Of a stretch of 64,000 nucleotides of DNA, positions 12,476 to 21,998 are shown piece after piece. Location: contig BK006946.2 of NCBI GenBank assembly GCA_000146045.2, positions 544,001-608,000 on the forward strand, read 5' to 3'. Numbering within the stretch: the stretch's first letter is position 1; each line of letters starts with the position of its first letter. The DNA is from TPA_inf: Saccharomyces. Lineage: Eukaryota. The notes beneath the pieces were generated by a model that had not been told where the DNA came from, searched no databases, and saw only the letters and a program-made list of their open reading frames with translations. The position numbers and the translations under genes were made by a program.

Positions 12476-13480
12476 TATTATTGGTTAATTTTTTATTTGC
12501 TCTAATAAGTCAATATTATGATGCTATATGAAGAATATTAGTGTGAAAATTTTTTTCCTTTTTCTCTCTTTAATTGGTTTACCAGAATATATAATAAAAG
12601 ATAGTAGCTGCGTATAAATTTAGTCTAAATACTAAACATGCAAAAGAAATAATGAAGATAAAAACAATCGACACACTTATAGTTCTAGCCCCAACAGCAC
12701 AAAAGCGGAAAAAATCAAAATCAAGAACAGGCCAATGAGCGTTGTCTTATATAACACAACCTCTTTTATATATACACCCAAGAAGGAGAATGAAAATAGA
12801 AACACCACACGCTTCGAGACAACGGAAAGAAAGCATAAGGAGTGGCCCATGTGTGCCAAAACTCTTCTCATTGCCGAGCCATGTATTACCATCCCGATGG
12901 TGATGGTTGTGAATGCAAATACCGCTGAGGCCAGAGTAATGCCATAGCGAGGACCAGGGCATCTCGAGCATCGTGGAGAAGATCCCTGTCGCTTTCTTTT
13001 TTTACCTCAAAACCAAATGCGATCGACGGGATCGCGGCAACTTTTTATCGGTCGGAATGGTTGAGCTAGGGCGTTTTCGTAAGGGGCGGGGTAGAGTTAG
13101 AATTGTAGTTTTTTTTCCGTAGTGCCGTGCCCCCATTACCGAATCTCGGCATTGGGTACCAGAGGGTTAGTGCGATAGTTCTTTAGCAAGATGTTAAACC
13201 CGCCTATGCCCGGGAACTGCATACAGGGAAGATCTCACCGGAAGATTACCTCGAAGGGGAGGGGTATGTGTTTTTTCCCCTCGTGGTTAAAGTGACTCTC
13301 TATTAACGTAATGAAAAGTCTAAATATTATAATGACTTGCACTTCGTATCAAGATATGCGAGAGATCATAATAAACGAAATAATATCCACAGTTTGGGTT
13401 TCATATTCTTATATATATATACGTGCGTATATGCATATATGTATGTTTACTATACATCAACATCAGCATCAAAATTAACA

Positions 13481-14524
13481 TTAATTAGCTTCTTGCATGT
13501 GCTCTTTAGCTTCGGCGGCCTTCTCCACGTCGTATTTGAAATCAAAGTAAGATTTTTCGAAATGGTGTAGACGTATGAACCCATCTTCACCACCGGAGGC
13601 ATAACTTGTGCCCTGTGGGCTAATGGCAACTGTGTTCAAGGGACCAAAATGGCCTTGTACTCTGCCGATTTCTTCTTCGAAGATCTTGTGGTAGAACCTA
13701 GCTTCAAACTTACCTTCGTTGGCACTGGTGGTGGTGACATCCTTGGCCTCTTGACCACCACCAAGAATAATGAATTCCTTCAATGGGGTGATTACGGCGG
13801 TGTTTAGAGGACAGTCTGTTTCGTATTTCTTAAGAACTTGTAGAGTCGATACATCGACCAAGAACGAGTTAGTATCTCTGGATGATGTAATAAAGTATGT
13901 TAAATCAGGAGAAAATTGCATGTCACTGATGGACTTTTCGTGCAAATCGATGGAATCCACGTATTCGTAGTTGTTGGACACATCGTATTTGCTGATCTTA
14001 CCGTCTTTATGGCCTGCAATGATGTATTTGCCCTTAGTCGACCATCCAGCCACGGTGGCAGCGTCTAAACCTTCATGAGTGATAATTTTATGGATTGGCT
14101 CTTCGGAGACCTTTGTTAATTCGTGAGTGGCGGAATCTCTTTCAATTTCGTATATGTTAATGGAACCTGGATTTTTCATGACGTTGTCCAAGATAGCTAG
14201 AAAGTAGTTACCGCATGGGGAAAATTCAACTCTTTTAACGGGGACAGGCGATTTCCATGTAGCAACACATTGCCCGTTTGACACATCCCATAATTTGATA
14301 CTGTAATCAGCACTTCCTGTAACACAGTACTTGGTGAAACAGTCGACGTCGATAGACCAAATGGTACCGGTGTGACCATCCAAAGTACCTAATCTTTCAC
14401 CGTTCAACGAATACCAAACACTGGCCGAGCTATCTTTCGAACATGAAAATAGTAAATCACCTTCTTTGTTGTACTTCACTTGAGTTAATGGACGTTCATG
14501 ACCTGTTAATTTGATAGCCTTCAT
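13481..14524 (-). CDS. TIF34: Translation initiation factor eIF3 subunit i, WD40 repeat protein, 347 aa
   Basis: ATG at 14522-14524 (rc). WD-repeat signatures (GH...WD) throughout. 347 aa matches TIF34 (YMR146C). Confidence 0.9.
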   Translation of the reverse strand: MKAIKLTGHERPLTQVKYNKEGDLLFSCSKDSSASVWYSLNGERLGTLDGHTGTIWSIDVDCFTKYCVTGSADYSIKLWDVSNGQCVATWKSPVPVKRVEFSPCGNYFLAILDNVMKNPGSINIYEIERDSATHELTKVSEEPIHKIITHEGLDAATVAGWSTKGKYIIAGHKDGKISKYDVSNNYEYVDSIDLHEKSISDMQFSPDLTYFITSSRDTNSFLVDVSTLQVLKKYETDCPLNTAVITPLKEFIILGGGQEAKDVTTTSANEGKFEARFYHKIFEEEIGRVQGHFGPLNTVAISPQGTSYASGGEDGFIRLHHFEKSYFDFKYDVEKAAEAKEHMQEAN

Positions 14525-15198
14525 ATTCCTTGTCTGTGCTATTTCTTTTTGTCTTCTCTCCTGGCCAGTTATCTAACGACCTTAAGATATACCTCGCCTC
14601 TTGTTCATCAGTAACTCTTCTGCAAATTTTTCTGTTCAGTTACGACTATTCGAAATTTTTCAGAGGCCGGAAAAAATTTCACAAAAAAAAAAAAATATGC
14701 GAAACTGAAGGTGGCACGCGGGGTAACTGATATATTTCATACGAACAGCGGCTATACAGAAACCCCACTATATTTACAAAGAAATATGCTCTGGAATCTA
14801 CCTACAAGTGCGTGTTAATGAGCTTGAGTCTATAACCATAGTTGTGATGAAAAAGTACTTCTTGCGCGAAAATTCAGAGGATAAGACAACACAACAGAGA
14901 CCCGCTGAATAAGGTTTCTCATCTCAATCAATTACACCGTAGTGTAGGGTTTTATCAGCTCAAGCGAGTTTTTCAACCCTTCCACAATCTTCTCTTTATT
15001 AATAAATATGTTGGAGATATCTCCTGTATGGGTAATATGTATATATGTAAAAAAAAAAAAAGAAAAACAAAAGAACCAAGATCGGGCTACGATGGATAAA
15101 AAAAAAAGAAAATCTGACTACTCACAAAACTGGTATTCATCTGTACTTTCAAGACGATTAAAATAAAAAGTGACATCTGAAAAACATCCAATACTCCG

Positions 15199-15870
15199 AT
15201 GGCAGCCAGGAATCGTAGAAAGAATAACAAGAAAAAGTCCCTTTTGGTAACGAGTGCCGCTCAAGAAAAGAATGCGACGTATGTGCTCGTTGCAGAGGAA
15301 TTACATAAAAAAACAATCGATCTAAACATGGGTACTGAAACACCTTTAACGGAAAACCACGAGAATCCTATACCAGCGAAAGAATTCAAGCACCAGCAAA
15401 AATTAGAGCCAATAGACGAACATGATGATGGCGAAGACGAATTATCGATAAAATTTAAGTCCATGACAAAAAGCTCGGGGCCTATTACTGAGGCTGAAGT
15501 TCAAAAGCTGCTCCTAAGCTATGCCTTCACAAGTGCTGCAATACAGGAGGACGAAAACGAGAAAGAATCGCGTCACTATCCTATTAAACCGCCTTCGCCA
15601 TCAGCTTCTTCTTTGTCCGCCTATTTTCAATCCTTCGTTGAAAAATGCAAACAGGTTTTCTACAACTTCAGTCTGCAAACAGTAGAAAAATTAAATGCTC
15701 TACAAAATAGCTTGTACGAAGTATTTTGGATTATTTTTATTTATTTAAACTACTGGTTCCCCAATGTGGGTGACTATGTGAGGTATGTCTGTCGTAGCTT
15801 CTCGCGCCATAACGAAATTGCCCAATTACTAACACGTATTTTTACTTACAATATCAACCACCTCCACTAA
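15199..15870 (+). CDS. LDO45: 223-aa ORF YMR147W. It is the 5' coding exon of the reported LDO45 spliced isoform when joined to YMR148W
   Basis: ATG at 15199. 223 aa. A consensus AG|GTATGT donor at 15782|15783 and a TACTAAC at 15826-15832 lie inside the 3' end of the ORF. Confidence 0.7.
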   Translation: MAARNRRKNNKKKSLLVTSAAQEKNATYVLVAEELHKKTIDLNMGTETPLTENHENPIPAKEFKHQQKLEPIDEHDDGEDELSIKFKSMTKSSGPITEAEVQKLLLSYAFTSAAIQEDENEKESRHYPIKPPSPSASSLSAYFQSFVEKCKQVFYNFSLQTVEKLNALQNSLYEVFWIIFIYLNYWFPNVGDYVRYVCRSFSRHNEIAQLLTRIFTYNINHLH

Positions 15871-16365
15871 TGAACAGGCACAGTATAGAAAAAAAATCAG
15901 ATCTGCATTTAAAAGGCTGTCTTTTCCAATGATCCTCGACCTTAGCGCGGCTAATCAATTCTACTCACTTTTTTGTTCGCTTTTTTTTTTTTGACCCGTT
16001 GAACCAAGCGGGTTAATTATTTTTTAAGGATAAAGGCTACCACAATCATGAGAGAGACACCATGTACTTGCAGGATTCTGATATTTTTTCTATGCTTGTT
16101 TGCTGACATGCAGATTCGGAGCTGGTTTTGATATTTCATAATCACCTATTTTTGAAGCAATACTTTTGGACAACAAGATAGCATTATTATTAGGATTTCC
16201 CTATCAAAGAGTCATTTCCGTGCACTTCGTGAAAAATCCAGTCAGAAAGTTCAGCAAGCAGTCAAGAATATCTACTTTTGTTTCCAAGAAAAGCCTTACC
16301 TGACAGCGTTCAAAGTCTCCTTTGCCATTGGACTTGTTATTCCGTGTTCCCTACTTTTTTTGATA

Positions 16366-16812
16366 ATGGTTTCTACCGCTACATTTTTCTTTTTTGTTTA
16401 CTTAACCCTTTTCGTAGTGATAGGTTTCTTCTCCTCATTATTCATAATACCCTTATTGGGCATTTCCTTTGTGTTTGCCATTGGCGTGGTATCATTTGGC
16501 TTCTGCAGCAACATGAGTTTCAAAATGGCCCAACTCATTTATGTCCGAGCTGACGCCTTCTTGAAAAAAGTCCTCGACAAAATGGCCCTACAAACACAGC
16601 CGGCACAACTACAGGAACCACAGGAGCCACTTTCCACATTAAGGCCAGTATCTAATCCAACTATTCCAAGCCCATTAAGACAAACGGCGCGCCCTTCTAA
16701 ATTCGTCACCGAAGAAGATGTTATTTTCGAACCTGTTAGTGCTCAAAGCGCCATTGCCCGTTCATTAGAGACTACTGCTAATAAAGCGGGTAATAAGTTC
16801 CAGCTCTCTTAA
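16366..16812 (+). CDS. OSW5: Small 148-aa membrane protein (lipid droplet organisation / spore wall), YMR148W
   Basis: The first ATG is at 16366. The track ORF begins at a TTG at 16360. Hydrophobic N-terminus ([36 protein letters not shown]). 148 aa matches OSW5/LDO16. Confidence 0.8.
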
Positions 16813-16995
16813 CCTCGGCAATAAAAAAACATTTTTCGCAAGTTTAGCAGGTCAATAATAATAATATCCTTATAAATTACACTCAGTTTTTTATTACATA
16901 TGGGCCTTTAGTATATACATACGCATATATCTTAGCTTTACCGATCTTCTAATATTGCGGCCTATAACGCATAGACCATAAAAGAAACGGAGCAG

Positions 16996-17856
16996 ATGCA
17001 ATTCTTCAAAACACTTGCGGCCTTGGTGTCGTGCATATCGTTCGTCCTCGCTTACGTGGCACAAGATGTTCATGTATCATTCCCCTCCACCGCAGGAAAG
17101 TCTAGGGTAATGATCGGTAAAGTTGAACCCAGAATAGGAATCGATGAAACTGTTCCGACTACAATCACAGTTGAAGACCCTAACGAGGTGATTCAAGTAA
17201 ATTTCGCCATTGAGTCTACCAACAAACCCTTCCAGAACACCTTATTGATAGGCTTACCTAATAAGAACCTAGAAATGGCTTTTGAACCCGAAATTAAGGA
17301 CAATGGCAAGTTGTCCATGTATAAATACAGGATAGATTTAGCCAAGCTGGATGCTGCTTTGTTGCAAGAGGCTTCCAGATCACCGGAACCAATAAAGGCC
17401 ACTTTGATTCTAGCGTCATCTACCGCCAAACCAAAGGAAAACTTGTTCAGGGAAATTCTGCAACTCAACCTGAACTTCGATGTAGATCACTCAGATTCAT
17501 CTTTAGTTGACAAATTCGGCATTAAGCCAGAAATCCATCATATATTTCATGCCGAGCCAAAGAGAGTTGCCAAACCAATTGCTGTGATTTTTGTTTTAAT
17601 TATCTTCATTACCATTTTATCTTTAATAGTCACCTGGTTGAATTCTTGTGCCGCCGCATTCAATAACATCCCGACCGGTGTCACTGCTGTATATTTCCTA
17701 GGATTCATCGCCACGATTGTTGGGTTTGAAGTTATCTTCGCTAGGTACTACTTGGGTACAAGTATTTTTGAAACTCTATTTTCCTCTTTGTACTTGGGCG
17801 CTCCAGGCTTACTGACATCTACCAAGTTCCTGAGATCTTTTGGTCAAACAATCTAG
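16996..17856 (+). CDS. SWP1: Oligosaccharyltransferase delta subunit (ribophorin II homologue), 286 aa
   Basis: ATG at 16996. Signal-peptide-like N-terminus and C-terminal transmembrane segments. 286 aa matches SWP1 (YMR149W). Confidence 0.88.
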   Translation: MQFFKTLAALVSCISFVLAYVAQDVHVSFPSTAGKSRVMIGKVEPRIGIDETVPTTITVEDPNEVIQVNFAIESTNKPFQNTLLIGLPNKNLEMAFEPEIKDNGKLSMYKYRIDLAKLDAALLQEASRSPEPIKATLILASSTAKPKENLFREILQLNLNFDVDHSDSSLVDKFGIKPEIHHIFHAEPKRVAKPIAVIFVLIIFITILSLIVTWLNSCAAAFNNIPTGVTAVYFLGFIATIVGFEVIFARYYLGTSIFETLFSSLYLGAPGLLTSTKFLRSFGQTI

Positions 17857-17873
17857 ATTGTTCTGAAGATCAA

Positions 17874-17877
<4 letters not shown>

Positions 17878-17909
<32 letters not shown>
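17878..17909. repeat. (AT)16 dinucleotide microsatellite in the SWP1/IMP1 convergent 3' region
   Basis: 32 nt of uninterrupted alternating A and T. Confidence 0.95.
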
Positions 17910-17912
<3 letters not shown>

Positions 17913-17955
17913 TATACACTTAACTTACGTACAAAAATATAGATTTCGAAACGAA

Positions 17956-18528
17956 TCAGTTGCTCTTAGCCTGCACATCTAGAAATGTATTATTGATCCA
18001 TTTGAAACCCCAAATATTGCGTATCGAACCGTCCCAGAAGGGCTTGTCAAAATTGTTAGCAGCTACAATCTTGCCCATGATCAGCCCCATGGGTAATGCA
18101 TTGTATGTTCTTGAATCTAATGAATGTGACAAATTATCTCCGGTTACCCAAACATGACCTTCAGGGACTTTAATATAGGTACCAAACCTCTCCTCATCAA
18201 CAAGCACATCGCCGACATAATTAACTATCGTACTGGGATCCACGAGCACGAGATCACCAGGCATACCCGTAACCCTTTTGCAAATCCTATGATTAGGGTC
18301 AGTAGGTTTCAGTGCTACTATGCAGTCACCCATTTTTATGCCTCTACCATTTTGGAAATTTTTCAAGACATGCACATAATCATTGGTCGCTGACAGTGTT
18401 GGCAACATTGATTCTCCCCTCGTCTCAGTAAATTCGTATGCATACATATGTATTATATGCAAGAAGCATAATGACCTAATTGCATAAGAAAAGGTTTTTG
18501 ACCAGATGGGAAGTGTACCAACCGTCAT
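17956..18528 (-). CDS. IMP1: Mitochondrial inner membrane peptidase catalytic subunit 1 (type I signal peptidase family), 190 aa
   Basis: ATG at 18526-18528 (rc). Signal-peptidase boxes (GESMLPT; GDNLSHSLDSR). 190 aa matches IMP1 (YMR150C). Confidence 0.9.
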   Translation of the reverse strand: MTVGTLPIWSKTFSYAIRSLCFLHIIHMYAYEFTETRGESMLPTLSATNDYVHVLKNFQNGRGIKMGDCIVALKPTDPNHRICKRVTGMPGDLVLVDPSTIVNYVGDVLVDEERFGTYIKVPEGHVWVTGDNLSHSLDSRTYNALPMGLIMGKIVAANNFDKPFWDGSIRNIWGFKWINNTFLDVQAKSN

Positions 18529-18943
18529 CCCTGGTATTGTACACTGTTGGATGATTCACTGTCTTATTGGTCCGTTTTTGTTTGCAATAATATACTGGAG
18601 CATTTTTATTGAAGGAATGTTTTTTCCCCAGAAATACTTAGATTGTCAGAGTGTTATAAATTTGCTGTGCGGTTCAAACCAACAGAAGAGAATATTCAAA
18701 GAAAAGCTCAGAATATATCAAGTCCATATTCAAGAGAAGATAGGTTGCAGTAAATTTAACACCCTACTCTTAATTTATCAACTGGGCTCACGACATAAGA
18801 TCAACAGACAAATAAACGACCTACTGTGTAATTTATGCAGTAAAAATTACATGATTATGCTATTATATGCAGAAATCATTATTTACTCTTCTTTTTCCTG
18901 TGTACTGTCGGCGACGATTTTCTTAAGAGGATTCCTGCTGTAA
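18506..18943 (+). CDS. 145-aa ORF overlapping the IMP1 5' end; corresponds to the dubious ORF YMR151W (YIM2) and is probably not protein-coding
   Basis: ATG at 18506. It overlaps the start of IMP1 on the opposite strand. The sequence is hydrophobic and low in complexity. Confidence 0.15.
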   Translation: MGSVPTVIPGIVHCWMIHCLIGPFLFAIIYWSIFIEGMFFPQKYLDCQSVINLLCGSNQQKRIFKEKLRIYQVHIQEKIGCSKFNTLLLIYQLGSRHKINRQINDLLCNLCSKNYMIMLLYAEIIIYSSFSCVLSATIFLRGFLL

Positions 18944-19095
18944 AATCCTTTCAGTGCCCTCTAAAGTTGAGGGGGGCAAAAATACTGTCCTCCTTTTAAT
19001 ACATAAAAAAATGACTGGCCTTTATTTGAATGGAGTAAAACTAAAATATTTCGGCGTTTCTATTATCGAACAACAAAAGGTAATACTTTAAAACT

Positions 19096-20193
19096 ATGTC
19101 AGACGAGATTGTAACCAACAAATCTGTTACTTATGTTAACAATACTACTCCAGTCACAATTACATCATCGGAGCTGGACTTGAGATCATGTTATCAAGAT
19201 GACGAAGTTGTTATAGAAGTCCATGCTGCTGCTTTGAATCCAATTGATTTTATTACTCACCAGCTTTGTAACTCCTACATATTTGGCAAGTATCCAAAGA
19301 CTTATTCTAGAGATTACAGTGGTGTCATCATTAAAGCGGGAAAGGATGTCGACAATCGCTGGAAGGTTGGCGACAAAGTGAATGGTATGTACAGTCATAT
19401 TTATGGTGAACGTGGTACTTTAACACACTACTTGATACTCAACCCTGCCAAAGATGTACCCATCACACATATGGTGGAGGTTCCAAAGGACGAAAATGAC
19501 CCATATGACGACTTTGTATATGCTGCTGCCTGGCCCCTAACATTTGGTACAGCCTTTTCTACATTATACGATTTCAAGAAAGATTGGACTTCTGATTCGA
19601 AAGTTCTGGTTATTGGCGCTTCAACCTCTGTGTCATATGCTTTTGTCCATATTGCAAAAAACTACTTCAACATCGGCACTGTTGTTGGCATTTGTAGCAA
19701 GAATTCCATTGAACGCAATAAGAAATTAGGATATGACTACTTGGTTCCCTATGACGAAGGATCCATCGTTGAGAATGTTAAGAAATTAAAGCAAAGCGTG
19801 TTGGAAAACGACAAATTTGACATGATTTTTGATTCAGTGGGTAACCATGATTTCTTCCCTGTCATTGATCAATTTCTAAAACCTAAGGCGAAAAATTCCT
19901 TTTACGTTACAATTGCAGGAAATAACAAGGCCGATTATAAGAATATCAGTTGGAGAGATTTCGTATCATTGAGTTCTATTTTAAAGGCTATAAACCCATT
20001 CAAAAAATACAACTGGCGCTTTGGACACCCTTATCCCCCCAACAACTTCATTGAAGTTGGCAACGAAATGATCAAGAAGGGCACTTATAAGCCACCTATT
20101 GATTCCGTCTACGAGTTTGATCAATATAAAGAAGCTATTGACAGACTGATGTCCAACAGAGCTAAGGGTAAAGTGGTTGTTAAGATGAAATGA
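19096..20193 (+). CDS. YIM1: Medium-chain dehydrogenase/reductase (quinone-oxidoreductase-like) family protein, 365 aa
   Basis: ATG at 19096. MDR fold features (GASTSVSYAFVHIAK nucleotide-binding region). 365 aa matches YIM1 (YMR152W). Confidence 0.85.
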   Translation: MSDEIVTNKSVTYVNNTTPVTITSSELDLRSCYQDDEVVIEVHAAALNPIDFITHQLCNSYIFGKYPKTYSRDYSGVIIKAGKDVDNRWKVGDKVNGMYSHIYGERGTLTHYLILNPAKDVPITHMVEVPKDENDPYDDFVYAAAWPLTFGTAFSTLYDFKKDWTSDSKVLVIGASTSVSYAFVHIAKNYFNIGTVVGICSKNSIERNKKLGYDYLVPYDEGSIVENVKKLKQSVLENDKFDMIFDSVGNHDFFPVIDQFLKPKAKNSFYVTIAGNNKADYKNISWRDFVSLSSILKAINPFKKYNWRFGHPYPPNNFIEVGNEMIKKGTYKPPIDSVYEFDQYKEAIDRLMSNRAKGKVVVKMK

Positions 20194-20434
20194 GGGCAAT
20201 ATTTTCCACATAAACTTGTTAGTATATTTAGTTAAACTCTATAATTATAATTGTTATTAGTTTTTGTATTATTTGATGGGCATTACCCGACCGACTTGTC
20301 ATGAAGTGAAAGAAAAGCTCATCACAATATTTTTAAACAGAATTTAAGATGCATTAGCTGGCAAACTACGTTTCAAATATACAGCTCAGCTAGCCCAAAT
20401 TCTCTCTGCACTCTCAATAACATAGCTTTTTAAA

Positions 20435-21862
20435 ATGGCAGACCTTCAAAAACAAGAGAATAGTAGCAGGTTCACCAATGTTTCTGTTATCGCGCCCGAA
20501 TCACAGGGACAACATGAACAACAAAAACAGCAGGAGCAGCTGGAGCAGCAAAAGCAGCCAACGGGACTGTTAAAAGGTTTAAACGGGTTTCCGAGTGCAC
20601 CACAACCGCTGTTCATGGAAGATCCGCCTTCTACTGTCTCGGGAGAACTGAATGATAATCCAGCGTGGTTCAATAATCCAAGGAAAAGAGCCATTCCAAA
20701 TTCAATAATAAAGAGATCAAATGGCCAATCTTTAAGCCCCGTACGTTCTGATAGTGCAGATGTACCTGCGTTTTCCAATTCCAATGGATTCAACAATGTC
20801 ACTTTTGGCTCTAAAAAAGATCCACGCATCCTTAAAAACGTATCTCCAAATGATAATAACAGTGCCAACAACAATGCTCATAGTTCAGATTTAGGTACGG
20901 TAGTTTTTGATTCTAATGAGGCACCGCCCAAGACCTCCTTGGCAGATTGGCAAAAAGAAGATGGTATATTTTCAAGTAAGACTGACAATATTGAAGATCC
21001 TAATTTGTCTTCCAACATAACCTTTGATGGAAAGCCTACAGCCACACCTTCGCCTTTCCGTCCACTAGAAAAGACCTCCAGAATACTTAATTTCTTCGAC
21101 AAAAACACGAAAACAACGCCGAATACTGCGTCAAGTGAAGCTAGTGCAGGGAGTAAGGAAGGGGCCTCGACGAATTGGGATGATCATGCCATTATTATCT
21201 TTGGATATCCAGAAACGATTGCGAATTCTATTATACTCCATTTTGCTAATTTCGGTGAAATTTTAGAGGATTTTAGAGTGATAAAAGATTTTAAAAAGTT
21301 GAATTCGAAAAACATGTCAAAAAGTCCGTCATTGACTGCTCAAAAATATCCCATATATACAGGAGATGGATGGGTCAAGTTGACTTACAAATCCGAACTT
21401 TCCAAATCTCGTGCTTTACAAGAAAATGGGATTATAATGAATGGAACATTAATTGGCTGTGTTTCGTATAGTCCGGCTGCTCTCAAACAATTAGCTTCCT
21501 TGAAGAAATCGGAGGAAATTATAAACAATAAAACAAGTTCACAAACTAGTTTAAGCTCAAAAGACCTCAGCAATTATAGAAAAACAGAAGGAATTTTTGA
21601 GAAAGCTAAGGCAAAAGCAGTTACTTCAAAAGTGCGCAATGCAGAATTCAAGGTTTCCAAGAATTCTACTTCCTTCAAAAATCCACGCAGGCTTGAAATA
21701 AAGGATGGTCGTTCATTATTTTTGAGAAACAGAGGGAAGATCCACAGTGGTGTCCTGAGCTCGATCGAGTCTGACTTGAAGAAAAGGGAACAAGCGAGCA
21801 AGAGTAAGAAAAGTTGGTTAAATAGATTGAATAATTGGTTATTTGGATGGAATGATTTGTAA
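20435..21862 (+). CDS. NUP53: FG-nucleoporin with RRM-like domain, 475 aa
   Basis: ATG at 20435. Ser/Asn/Thr-rich with FG/FxF motifs and a C-terminal amphipathic region. 475 aa matches NUP53 (YMR153W). Confidence 0.88.
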   Translation: MADLQKQENSSRFTNVSVIAPESQGQHEQQKQQEQLEQQKQPTGLLKGLNGFPSAPQPLFMEDPPSTVSGELNDNPAWFNNPRKRAIPNSIIKRSNGQSLSPVRSDSADVPAFSNSNGFNNVTFGSKKDPRILKNVSPNDNNSANNNAHSSDLGTVVFDSNEAPPKTSLADWQKEDGIFSSKTDNIEDPNLSSNITFDGKPTATPSPFRPLEKTSRILNFFDKNTKTTPNTASSEASAGSKEGASTNWDDHAIIIFGYPETIANSIILHFANFGEILEDFRVIKDFKKLNSKNMSKSPSLTAQKYPIYTGDGWVKLTYKSELSKSRALQENGIIMNGTLIGCVSYSPAALKQLASLKKSEEIINNKTSSQTSLSSKDLSNYRKTEGIFEKAKAKAVTSKVRNAEFKVSKNSTSFKNPRRLEIKDGRSLFLRNRGKIHSGVLSSIESDLKKREQASKSKKSWLNRLNNWLFGWNDL

Positions 21863-21998
21863 TGAAAAACCTTACCCCCAAATGTAGTGCTTTGGTGCGA
21901 TTCCAGCATCCTGTGATGTTCACCTACTTCAAGGTTATATAATTTTGTGTGTAGAATTGTAAAAAGGATGGATAGACAGTTCTTGAGATAAAGCACAG

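Noticed and set aside
21574-21996. 140-aa and 82-aa minus-strand ORFs overlapping the 3' end of NUP53
   Set aside because: Antisense to NUP53 coding sequence. Corresponds at best to a dubious ORF. No independent evidence.
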